From positions 8,166-72,165 of the IMG/VR virus record IMGVR_UViG_3300032242_001192: a DNA stretch of 64,000 nucleotides. One strand, written 5' to 3'. Below are positions 39,140 through 47,340 of this stretch, piece by piece. Under the pieces are notes generated by a model that was not told the DNA's origin, did not search any database, and saw only the letters and a program-made list of their open reading frames with translations. A program made the position numbers and the translations under genes. Origin of the DNA: a virus. Numbering within the stretch: position 1 is the first letter of the stretch; every line of letters starts with the position of its first letter.

Positions 39140-39561
39140 TGTTAAAAACAGATAGTTATATTTGGGTTACCTTTCAGAAAGAAGGTATCCATAAGTATCC
39201 TGCAGCTGCAACTGATCCAAAGTTGGCTACAGGTGATTGGTTAGATGTTTCATTCTTAGGAACACCTCATAGACATATCTTTCATTTCAGAGTTGAAATG
39301 CAAGTATTTCATGATGATAGAGATGTTGAATTTATTCAAGCAAAGCGTATTATGGAACGCTGGTATGCGGATGGAACATTACAATTAGATTATAAGTCCT
39401 GTGAAATGATGGCAAAGGATTTATATGATAAGTGTATAAGTACATGGCCAGATAGAGACTATGTAATTGAGGTATCAGAAGATGGAGAGAATGGATGCAG
39501 AATGTATTTCTCACATCATAAAGGCAAAGATATTACACCAAGGATGTATGTAAATGAGTAA
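39136..39561 (+). CDS. dpdL: QueD-like T-fold paralogue, DpdL-like (putative CDG decarboxylase)
   Basis: EGIH..LGTPHRHIF (LxxxHRHxF), DRDVEFI, SCEMMA, VSEDGENG; directly after dpdA. Confidence 0.7.
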   Translation: MMLKTDSYIWVTFQKEGIHKYPAAATDPKLATGDWLDVSFLGTPHRHIFHFRVEMQVFHDDRDVEFIQAKRIMERWYADGTLQLDYKSCEMMAKDLYDKCISTWPDRDYVIEVSEDGENGCRMYFSHHKGKDITPRMYVNE

Positions 39562-40723
39562 ACTATATTATATGGGTTTGGAACCCTATGAAGGTCGATA
39601 TACACTACAACTTCAGCATTGGAGCGAAGATGCTTTTAAGCGTCGCGGTATTGATTATGAAGTTATTCATGGCGATCTGTTGGATAGTTCTAAATCTATT
39701 GTGACAGGTCAAGTATTAGATGCGCATGGTCGTAGTTATTATTCTTTGACACAAATGGCAAAACTTGTAGCAAAAATGAAAGCAGGCGAAATTACTTGGC
39801 AGGATACTATTTTCTTTGAAGATATGTTTACACCTGGTATGGAGGTGTTGCCTTATATTATGGATCAAATGGATTGGGAATATCATCCTCGTATTTTTGT
39901 ACGTTGTTTGGCTCAGACAATCGATCCAGATGATTTCTTGCATGTATGGGATATGCAGAAATGGATGGGTTTCTATGAGAAAATGACAGATCATTTTGTC
40001 ACAGGCATTCTTGCTTCTAATGAAGAGATGGTTGCGCATATGAAAATTGCAGGTTGGGAAGCACCAATCTTTAATATCTCAGGTTTAGCTTTTGATAAAG
40101 ACGAAGTTCAAAGCAGAGTGCAAGAAATTAAACCTTTTATTAATCGCAAAAAGCGAGTAGTATTTGCCGCAAGATTCGATCAAGAAAAACAACCGGGTTT
40201 CTTTATGGACTTGATTGAAGAATATGGTAAGTATCATAGAGATGTAGAGTTTGCTGTTCTATCAGGCGGACCTTTACGCAGTAACGATCAAAAGTATTTG
40301 GATCGTGCAAGAGAATTAGAAAAGACTGCTAATTTTAAAATCTATGAAAACCTCAAGAAGAATGAGTATTATGAATTACTATCAGATTCTCGGGTATTGT
40401 TTAATTGCGCTTTACAGGATTGGGTAAGTAATACAGCATCAGAAGCAGATGCTTTAGGTACAAATTGTTTATATCCTGCGTATAGATCCTTCCCTGAGAC
40501 ATTTGCAAATGATGCAGAATGTTTATATGTTCCTTGGTCAATGGATGATGCTTGTCAGAAATTAGATCATTTGCTAGTTAAGCCAAGAAAAAGAATGGGA
40601 CAATTATCTAATTGGACAACAGGTACTATTGATAGATGTTTAGACATCATGTTTGATAGTAATGAGCATTGGTATCGCAATACTAAAAACTATAGAAACT
40701 ATGTCCCAGAGTCAAAATACTAA
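39554..40723 (+). CDS. GT-B glycosyltransferase
   Basis: VVFAARFDQEKQP, LQDWVSNTASEA, YPAYRSFPE. Confidence 0.75.
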   Translation: MSKLYYMGLEPYEGRYTLQLQHWSEDAFKRRGIDYEVIHGDLLDSSKSIVTGQVLDAHGRSYYSLTQMAKLVAKMKAGEITWQDTIFFEDMFTPGMEVLPYIMDQMDWEYHPRIFVRCLAQTIDPDDFLHVWDMQKWMGFYEKMTDHFVTGILASNEEMVAHMKIAGWEAPIFNISGLAFDKDEVQSRVQEIKPFINRKKRVVFAARFDQEKQPGFFMDLIEEYGKYHRDVEFAVLSGGPLRSNDQKYLDRARELEKTANFKIYENLKKNEYYELLSDSRVLFNCALQDWVSNTASEADALGTNCLYPAYRSFPETFANDAECLYVPWSMDDACQKLDHLLVKPRKRMGQLSNWTTGTIDRCLDIMFDSNEHWYRNTKNYRNYVPESKY

Positions 40724-41735
40724 AACTGTTATAGTAACAGGTGCTGCAGGTTATATCGGCGGCGCTACATGTATTGCATTAAAGGAAAAAGGATATAGAG
40801 TAATAGGAGTTGATAGAAGAAAACTACATAAGCATATGGAGTATTATGTAGATCAATTTGTCAATGAATGTTTTACTCATCCATTCTCATTAGAACATCT
40901 TGAACGCAGTCCTGTTGCAGTTGTACATTGCGCAGGCACAAGTTTAGTTGGGCCTAGTGTAGAAAAGCCTTCAGACTACTTTGATAATAATGTGGCAAAG
41001 ACATTAAAGTATTTGGATTATATTCGTCGCTGGGCACCCAATGTTAAGTTTATTTTTAGTAGCAGTGCATCGGTATATGGTGATCCAATTGGTATGATTC
41101 TAACAGAAGGGTCTGAAACTAAACCAATATCTGCATATGGCGAATCTAAGCTAATGACAGAAATGATGCTAAATAGATTTAAAATTGCATATGGTTTAAA
41201 ATATGTTTCCTATAGATATTTTAACGCATGTGGCGCAGTCGAAGGCGGAGAGCATGGTCAGGAGCCTGATGCTACACATATTTTTGCTAGACTATTTGAA
41301 GCAGCATTGGATGGTAATGATTTCACTATTAATGGTGCAGACTTTCCGACGCGAGATGGCACTTGTGTAAGAGATTATATTCATGTATCCGATATAGCCG
41401 AAGCTCACGTATTGGCTATTGACAAAGATATTGAAGGGATATATAATATAGGAACATTAAAGGGTCATTCTAATCTTGAAGTGTTTACTGCAGTTGAAAA
41501 TTTCTTAATTGATAATGAAGCAATAAACAATAGAATTGTATGTCATGTAGATGTACGAAGAGAAGGTGATCCTGCAACATTGATTGCTAGTGCAGAAAAA
41601 TTACTAGCAGATACAGGATGGAAACCTCAAAGAAAATTAAATGATATTATAGAAAGCTTATACGATTGGTATAACTCTAAATATTATCATAGACTAAAAC
41701 AGCGGTCTTCAAACGTCATTCAACCCGCTATATAA
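40701..41735 (+). CDS. galE: UDP-glucose 4-epimerase (GalE-like)
   Basis: VTGAAGYIG, FSSSASVYG, YGESK, RYFNACG, DGTCVRDYIHV, RREGDP. Confidence 0.9.
   Translation: MSQSQNTKTVIVTGAAGYIGGATCIALKEKGYRVIGVDRRKLHKHMEYYVDQFVNECFTHPFSLEHLERSPVAVVHCAGTSLVGPSVEKPSDYFDNNVAKTLKYLDYIRRWAPNVKFIFSSSASVYGDPIGMILTEGSETKPISAYGESKLMTEMMLNRFKIAYGLKYVSYRYFNACGAVEGGEHGQEPDATHIFARLFEAALDGNDFTINGADFPTRDGTCVRDYIHVSDIAEAHVLAIDKDIEGIYNIGTLKGHSNLEVFTAVENFLIDNEAINNRIVCHVDVRREGDPATLIASAEKLLADTGWKPQRKLNDIIESLYDWYNSKYYHRLKQRSSNVIQPAI
41419..41447 (+). promoter_or_regulatory. Internal consensus sigma70 promoter inside galE, upstream of queD
   Basis: TTGACA-17 nt-TATAAT, perfect consensus. Confidence 0.8.
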
Positions 41736-41774
41736 ATTCTGCATGTCGTCAAACTTACTCATTGGAGGCAAGAG
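41701..41774 (+). ncRNA. Candidate preQ1-I-like H-type pseudoknot riboswitch in the queD leader
   Basis: P1 AGCGG/CCGCT; loop ACGTCAT pairs 6 of 7 with downstream ATGTCGT; A-rich linker; SD GGAGG nearby. Confidence 0.45.
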
Positions 41775-42230
41775 ATGGCTAAATATTTCTCAACAAAACA
41801 TTACGGACATAATCTTGGGCTAAGTGCCGTATTTAGACAACCTAACGCTGACCATAGTCATTGCCATTTGTTGCATGGTTATAGTTTAGCATTTACGTTT
41901 ACGTTTGGATGTGAACATCTAGATAATAAAAATTGGGCAGTAGATTTTGGTGGGCTTAAACCGCTTAAGGCTTGGTTAGAAGATAATTTTGATCATAAGT
42001 TAGCATTGGATATTGCTGATCCTCATCTAGCTAAATTTCGAGAACTAGAAGAATTGGGCTTAGCTGAAATTAGAATTTTTGATGGTGTTGGTGCAGAAAA
42101 ATTTGCAGAACATGCATTTAATTTTGCAGATAAACTGATTCGAGAAAAGACTAATAATCGTTGTTATTGTGTTCGTGTAGAATGCGCAGAGCATGGGGCT
42201 AATAGCGCTATCTATGAAGTATATAACTAA
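41775..42230 (+). CDS. queD: 6-carboxy-5,6,7,8-tetrahydropterin synthase QueD
   Basis: SHCHLLHGY, VDFGGLK, FDHKL, VECAEH. Confidence 0.9.
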   Translation: MAKYFSTKHYGHNLGLSAVFRQPNADHSHCHLLHGYSLAFTFTFGCEHLDNKNWAVDFGGLKPLKAWLEDNFDHKLALDIADPHLAKFRELEELGLAEIRIFDGVGAEKFAEHAFNFADKLIREKTNNRCYCVRVECAEHGANSAIYEVYN

Positions 42231-42330
42231 TAAAGATAGATCAGTAAACCTTCCATATGAAGAGGGTTTACTAGAATGGTTACAACAACAGTATCCATTT
42301 TCTAAATACTACATTGTGGAATTATTATGA
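42214..42330 (+). CDS. Small hypothetical protein (38 aa), missing from ORF track
   Basis: MKYITNKDRSVNLPYEEGLLEWLQQQYPFSKYYIVELL; fills the gap and overlaps next start by ATGA. Confidence 0.6.
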   Translation: MKYITNKDRSVNLPYEEGLLEWLQQQYPFSKYYIVELL

Positions 42331-42533
42331 TAGAGATTGCATTAATTGTTGCTGGTATAATAATAGGTATGACTATAAAGCAAGAACACTTGCAAAATAG
42401 ATTCAACAAAACCTATGAACAATTAGATAAAGAAATGAGAGATGAACTAAACTATTATCGTAATTTATCAAATAGTTTACGCGAGGATGTTAAAGTATTA
42501 CGATTGAAAATTAAAGTATTGGATAAAAAATGA
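42327..42533 (+). CDS. Small membrane-anchored coiled-coil protein
   Basis: N-terminal hydrophobic helix IALIVAGIIIG. Confidence 0.6.
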   Translation: MIEIALIVAGIIIGMTIKQEHLQNRFNKTYEQLDKEMRDELNYYRNLSNSLREDVKVLRLKIKVLDKK

Positions 42534-42715
42534 GGCAACTTGCTGAATTTAGTAATAATCAAAATATTGCTACAATTAAGAGTGACGGTGGAAAATATAT
42601 TGTAGAAATGTATACCAATAAAGAATTGATAGATACTAAAATATTTAATGAACACACCTTGCGCATTGTTGAGAATTTTGCCAAGGCATGGATACATAAT
42701 GAGGAAACTAAATGA
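42530..42715 (+). CDS. Hypothetical protein
   Basis: ORF with ATGA coupling on both sides. Confidence 0.55.
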   Translation: MRQLAEFSNNQNIATIKSDGGKYIVEMYTNKELIDTKIFNEHTLRIVENFAKAWIHNEETK

Positions 42716-43170
42716 ATTGGTTTTTAAATTGGCTTGATAATATTGGTCGCAAGCGTATAGTCATGGATCGTATAGACAATGAACCATATCTTGAACGATA
42801 CTATCTCTTTCTAAAAGACAGAAAGAAATTTCCCTTTAATATATTTTTACATAAATTCCTAAAAGGAGACCCTGATGATGTACATGATCACCCATGGCCG
42901 TACTGCACTTTCATACTTAAAGGCGGTTACTACGAATGGGTTCCGCAGTTTAATTCCGATGGCACAAAATATTGCGAGATTCGTAAGTGGCGTGGACCCG
43001 GCCATTTCCGCATTTGTGGTTCTAATAGTTATCACCGCATTGAATTAAAAGAAGGGGTAACCGCTTGGACATTGTTTATGCCTGGCCCTCAAAAAAGAGA
43101 CTGGGGATTTTTAGTTAATAATAAATGGATACAGCATGAGCAGTATCTAAAGGAACGATATGTCAAGTAA
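42712..43170 (+). CDS. Cupin-fold metal-binding protein
   Basis: HDHPW..GGYYE..YHRIEL cupin pattern. Confidence 0.65.
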   Translation: MNWFLNWLDNIGRKRIVMDRIDNEPYLERYYLFLKDRKKFPFNIFLHKFLKGDPDDVHDHPWPYCTFILKGGYYEWVPQFNSDGTKYCEIRKWRGPGHFRICGSNSYHRIELKEGVTAWTLFMPGPQKRDWGFLVNNKWIQHEQYLKERYVK

Positions 43171-43642
43171 TGTGATGAAGGGTGTTAATAGCAAAGATGC
43201 TATTATCGACGGAACACTAGTTCCATTCATTAATCGTAATAGTAGTGAATATCCTGTCGAGGTTGGGGCATCATTCTTTGCTCCCGTAAAGGTTGAGGAT
43301 CAAAAAGATTTATCATTGAATATAGCAAAAGAACATGCTAAACAAGAATATGATAGAATCATGCAGATGGTTGAGATTCTTAAAGAACAAGCAAAACAAC
43401 TAGTAAGCAGACTTGATGCAACAGACTTAGTGCATGATACATCTTTTTCTTTTAATCCTGTGCACGGTAAAGAATATCATATCTATTTAAATTCTTATCT
43501 TAATAAAAATCAATTAGGTTTAATTGGTCCAACAGATTGGGCAGGTGGGAAACCTCCAGAACATTTGACATTTGTTGCATCCGTAATTAAAAAGGGAGAT
43601 TCAACTTGGGAGTACGTAGATGAAGATAGCGTTAGTAACTGA
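43160..43642 (+). CDS. Hypothetical protein (DUF2452-like)
   Basis: YPVEVG, FSFNPVHGKEYHIY, GPTDW, DSTW. Confidence 0.6.
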   Translation: MSSNVMKGVNSKDAIIDGTLVPFINRNSSEYPVEVGASFFAPVKVEDQKDLSLNIAKEHAKQEYDRIMQMVEILKEQAKQLVSRLDATDLVHDTSFSFNPVHGKEYHIYLNSYLNKNQLGLIGPTDWAGGKPPEHLTFVASVIKKGDSTWEYVDEDSVSN

Positions 43643-44684
43643 TACTCATTTTGGAGCAAGATCCGATTCTCAAGCGTTTGATTTATATTTTAAAAAATTC
43701 TATGATGAAGTATTTTTTCCAGAATTAGACAAGCGCAAAATACAGCAAATTATTCATTTGGGTGATTGCTTTGATAGACGAAAATATATTAACTTTAATA
43801 CATTAAGTACATGTAAACAGTACTTCTTTGAAGAAGCAGTCAATCGTGGTATTGATATGGATATGATTATTGGTAACCACGATACATTCTATAAAAATAC
43901 TAATGATATAAATTCTCCAACTTTATTGTTGGGAGAATATCCTAATCTTACTTGCTATAGTAAACCAACAATCGTAGAATATGATGGACTAAAGATTCTT
44001 TTACAGCCATGGATATGCGCCGACAACTATGAGGATTCAATTAAACTAATTGAAAGCAAAGTGGCAAAGGTTTGTTTTGGACACTTAGAATTGTCTGGGT
44101 TTATTATGTTCAAGGGACAAGAAGCTCAAATAGAACATGGTGGTTTAGATCCTTCGTTGTTTAAAGATTTTAAATTAGTATGTTCTGGACATTTCCATCA
44201 CAAGCATGGCAGAGGCAATGTTGAGTATATAGGCAATCCCTATCAGTTATTCTGGAACGATTTTGAGGATGATCGAGGATTCCATATCTTTGATACTAAA
44301 ACACTACAGTTAGAATTTATTAGAAATCCAAATACTATATTTGAGAAATATTATTACGACGATGAAAAAGAAGATCCTATGTCTATTGACATTACTAGAT
44401 TCGCATCCAAAGTAATTAAATTGATTGTAGTAAATAAAAAAGATTTTATTAAGTTTGATAAATTTATAGAAGCAATCTATAAACAAACTCCAATCGAATT
44501 AAAAATCATTGAAGATTTTTCTGAATTTGAATCTGAAGCAATAGACGAATCTGTCGACTTAGAGGACACGATGACACTATTATCTAATTATGTTGATAGT
44601 GTAGAAACAGATGCAGATAAAGATAGATTAAAAAGTTTGCTAAAAGCATTATATGTCGAAGCACAACATTATGAGGAAGTATGA
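43620..44684 (+). CDS. gp47: Recombination endonuclease subunit gp47 (Mre11/SbcD-like)
   Basis: DTHFG, GDCFDRRK, GNHD, GHLE, SGHFH. Confidence 0.96.
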   Translation: MKIALVTDTHFGARSDSQAFDLYFKKFYDEVFFPELDKRKIQQIIHLGDCFDRRKYINFNTLSTCKQYFFEEAVNRGIDMDMIIGNHDTFYKNTNDINSPTLLLGEYPNLTCYSKPTIVEYDGLKILLQPWICADNYEDSIKLIESKVAKVCFGHLELSGFIMFKGQEAQIEHGGLDPSLFKDFKLVCSGHFHHKHGRGNVEYIGNPYQLFWNDFEDDRGFHIFDTKTLQLEFIRNPNTIFEKYYYDDEKEDPMSIDITRFASKVIKLIVVNKKDFIKFDKFIEAIYKQTPIELKIIEDFSEFESEAIDESVDLEDTMTLLSNYVDSVETDADKDRLKSLLKALYVEAQHYEEV

Positions 44685-46396
44685 TAAGATTTCACGCAGT
44701 TAGATGGAAAAATTTTTTATCGACAGGTGGACAATTTACGGAAGTCAAATTAGATAAAGCAACAACTACACTTATTGTGGGTGAGAATGGTGCAGGCAAG
44801 AGTACTATTCTAGATGCTATTTGTTTCTGTTTGTTTAATAAACCTTTTAGGAATATTAATAAGCCTCAGTTGATGAATAGTATCAACGGTAAAGGCTTAC
44901 AAGTTGAGATTGAATTTAGTATAGGTCCTAAAGAATACAAAGTTGTTAGGGGTAGCAGACCTGGTATTTTTGAAATCTATGTCAACGGAGATCTGTTAAA
45001 TCAAGATGCCGCATCTAAAGATTATCAAAAATATCTTGAAGACAACATTCTAAAGTTAAACTATAAATCTTTTACTCAAATCGTTATCCTGGGTAGCGCA
45101 TCCTTTACTCCTTTTATGCAATTACCGCAAGGACATAGAAGAGAAATTATTGAGGATATTTTAGACATTCAAATCTTTACAGTAATGAATTCTGTATTAA
45201 AAGATAAGAATGCAGAAATTAAAAATCAAATTACAAACATTGATACTCAAATTGAAATCGGTAAAAATAAAGTTAAAATGCAACAGCAGTACATAGCTAC
45301 GCTGGAGAATGATAAACAGAAGAAAGTTGAAGATGTACAAAAGCGAATACTTGAAACGTCTGCAGAAATATCACAACTTAATGCAAGTGTCACTGCAGAA
45401 AAAGATGCCGAGAATACTCTTAAATCCTCGATATCGGATGCGAAGGAAAAACGCAACAAACGAACGGAAATGGGATCTTTGCTTAGAAAACTTTCCGAAC
45501 GCGTTACTGCGCAAGAGGGGCATATTCACTTCTATCACGACCACGATGTTTGTCCGACTTGTAGTCAGAATCTTGATGAAGAAGTCAAAAAGGATGCAAT
45601 ACAATCTCACACGCTCAAGGTCGGAGAGATTACCAAGGCTATCGAGGAACTCAACAATCAACTTATCGATATTGAAACAAGACTTGCAGAGATTGATTCT
45701 ATTGAAGAGAAAATATCTGAACATCAAAGCAATATCATTGCCCTCAACACAAGCATTATCGCAAACCAAAACTACGTACAAAAATTACAAGACGATATAT
45801 CTAGTTCCACATCATCATCGGGCGATATTGAAGGGGAAAAGGCTAAGCTCAAAGCTCTTGCTAAAGAAGTCGTCGCTCATGCAGATCAAAAAAGCAAAGC
45901 CTCGGAGGAAAAACATTATTTAGATATTGCTAGTATTTTATTAAAAGATACAGGTATTAAGACAAAGATTATTCGTCAATACTTACCTGTCATTAATAAA
46001 TTAGTAAATAAGTATCTTGTGGCAATGGATTTCTTTTGTCATTTTGAATTGGATGAGGCATTTAATGAGAAAATTAAATCTAGACACAGAGACGAATTTT
46101 CGTATGCCTCATTTAGTGAAGGTGAAAAACAGCGCATAGATTTGGCGTTAGTATTTACTTGGAGAACAATCGCAAAGATGAAGAATTGTGCTAGCACAAA
46201 CCTTTTGTTACTTGATGAGGTTTTTGATTCTTCTTTAGATGTCAATGGTACAGATTATGTAATGAACCTTATAAATACTTTAGGAGATGAGACTAATGTA
46301 TTTGTTATTAGTCACAAAGGAGATCTTCTCTTTGACAAATTTAGAAGTGTCATAAAGTTTGAGAAGCATCAAAATTTTTCAAGAATATCAGTATAG
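44681..46396 (+). CDS. gp46: Recombination ATPase subunit gp46 (Rad50/SbcC-like)
   Basis: GENGAGKST, zinc hook CPTC, FSEGEKQRID, LDEVFD. Confidence 0.97.
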   Translation: MIRFHAVRWKNFLSTGGQFTEVKLDKATTTLIVGENGAGKSTILDAICFCLFNKPFRNINKPQLMNSINGKGLQVEIEFSIGPKEYKVVRGSRPGIFEIYVNGDLLNQDAASKDYQKYLEDNILKLNYKSFTQIVILGSASFTPFMQLPQGHRREIIEDILDIQIFTVMNSVLKDKNAEIKNQITNIDTQIEIGKNKVKMQQQYIATLENDKQKKVEDVQKRILETSAEISQLNASVTAEKDAENTLKSSISDAKEKRNKRTEMGSLLRKLSERVTAQEGHIHFYHDHDVCPTCSQNLDEEVKKDAIQSHTLKVGEITKAIEELNNQLIDIETRLAEIDSIEEKISEHQSNIIALNTSIIANQNYVQKLQDDISSSTSSSGDIEGEKAKLKALAKEVVAHADQKSKASEEKHYLDIASILLKDTGIKTKIIRQYLPVINKLVNKYLVAMDFFCHFELDEAFNEKIKSRHRDEFSYASFSEGEKQRIDLALVFTWRTIAKMKNCASTNLLLLDEVFDSSLDVNGTDYVMNLINTLGDETNVFVISHKGDLLFDKFRSVIKFEKHQNFSRISV

Positions 46397-46404
46397 GAAT
46401 TATT

Positions 46405-46995
46405 ATGAATAAATGGGAATTACAAGTACATCAGGTCAACGCATATTGCTACTACGAGAATATATTTGACGATGATATGATTAACGGCATTATAGAAGCA
46501 GGCGAAAAGCTTGGCACAGATAAAGCATATGTTGGTGGGGATTTACAAACACCTGGAAGGGTAGCTGAAGAAATCCGAAAAACGGATATTGCTTGGTTAA
46601 ATGGAACTCAAGAAAATGCTTGGATTTTTAGAAAACTAACAGATGTAATTTTACAAGCAAACGCACAATGGTTTGGATTTGATCTTAATACTATCGAAGC
46701 TCTTCAGTATTCTGTTTATAATGTAGGTGATTTTTATGATTCGCATGTAGATCATCACTTTCAAGGTGCAGGTCAATATCCAAGAAAACTAAGTTTTACT
46801 ATGCAACTAACTGATCCTAGTGAATATGAAGGTGGTAATACTAGATTAATCACATCTCAAGAACCTTTCGATATTCCAAAGACAAAAGGATCCATTACTT
46901 TCTTCCCTTCATATACATTACATGATGTACAACCAGTAACTAAAGGTACTCGCAAAGCATTAGTAGGTTGGATATTAGGACCACGTTGGAAATAA
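46405..46995 (+). CDS. 2OG-Fe(II) oxygenase (prolyl-4-hydroxylase-like)
   Basis: HVD (HxD), RKLS, YEGG, FPSYTLHDVQPVTKGTRKALVGW. Confidence 0.9.
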   Translation: MNKWELQVHQVNAYCYYENIFDDDMINGIIEAGEKLGTDKAYVGGDLQTPGRVAEEIRKTDIAWLNGTQENAWIFRKLTDVILQANAQWFGFDLNTIEALQYSVYNVGDFYDSHVDHHFQGAGQYPRKLSFTMQLTDPSEYEGGNTRLITSQEPFDIPKTKGSITFFPSYTLHDVQPVTKGTRKALVGWILGPRWK

Positions 46996-46996
46996 A

Positions 46997-47272
46997 ATGG
47001 CTACAAAGATTCCGTTAGAGTATTTAGATTTAGATAACGATTTCGGTTTCAACGCTGTACATGAAACAGACGTTACAGAACCTTTAGTCAATCAAGTAAA
47101 TCAAAATGCGGATATCAAAATAAAACAACAATTAGCTTCTGTTGAAAAATTGATTTTGCCCCTTTTGGTTAACTTGATGAAGAATCCTGAGAAGGATTAC
47201 ATACATTGGCCGAATAGAGTACCGGCGATTGAGAAACAGATTGAACGCATACTGGCGATAACCCGTAGTTAA
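46997..47272 (+). CDS. Conserved T4-like phage hypothetical protein
   Basis: DFGF, PLLVNLMKNPEKDYIHWPNR. Confidence 0.75.
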   Translation: MATKIPLEYLDLDNDFGFNAVHETDVTEPLVNQVNQNADIKIKQQLASVEKLILPLLVNLMKNPEKDYIHWPNRVPAIEKQIERILAITRS

Positions 47273-47287
47273 TGGCTTACTGAGGGC

Positions 47288-47316
47288 TTGACTTCTTGTA
47301 CTAAAGGTGTTATAAT
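47288..47316 (+). promoter_or_regulatory. Early sigma70 promoter with extended -10
   Basis: TTGACT-17 nt-TATAAT with TG extension; AAAGGTGTTATAAT. Confidence 0.85.
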
Positions 47317-47340
47317 TAAGGCTAGTACAAAGGAGTCTCG

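Noticed and set aside
41731-41738. TATAAATT as a late promoter for queD
   Set aside because: One mismatch to TATAAATA and it lies in the A-rich linker of the candidate pseudoknot; less likely but not excluded
33416-42230. Queuosine tRNA-modification or folate auxiliary pathway
   Set aside because: No queC/queF/queA in the window, the TGT lacks the zinc motif and a DpdL-like gene is adjacent, all favouring DNA modification; not fully excluded
45309-45923. 204-aa alternate-frame ORF inside gp46
   Set aside because: Overlaps the gp46 coiled coil; no recognisable motif or SD; probably a by-product of codon bias
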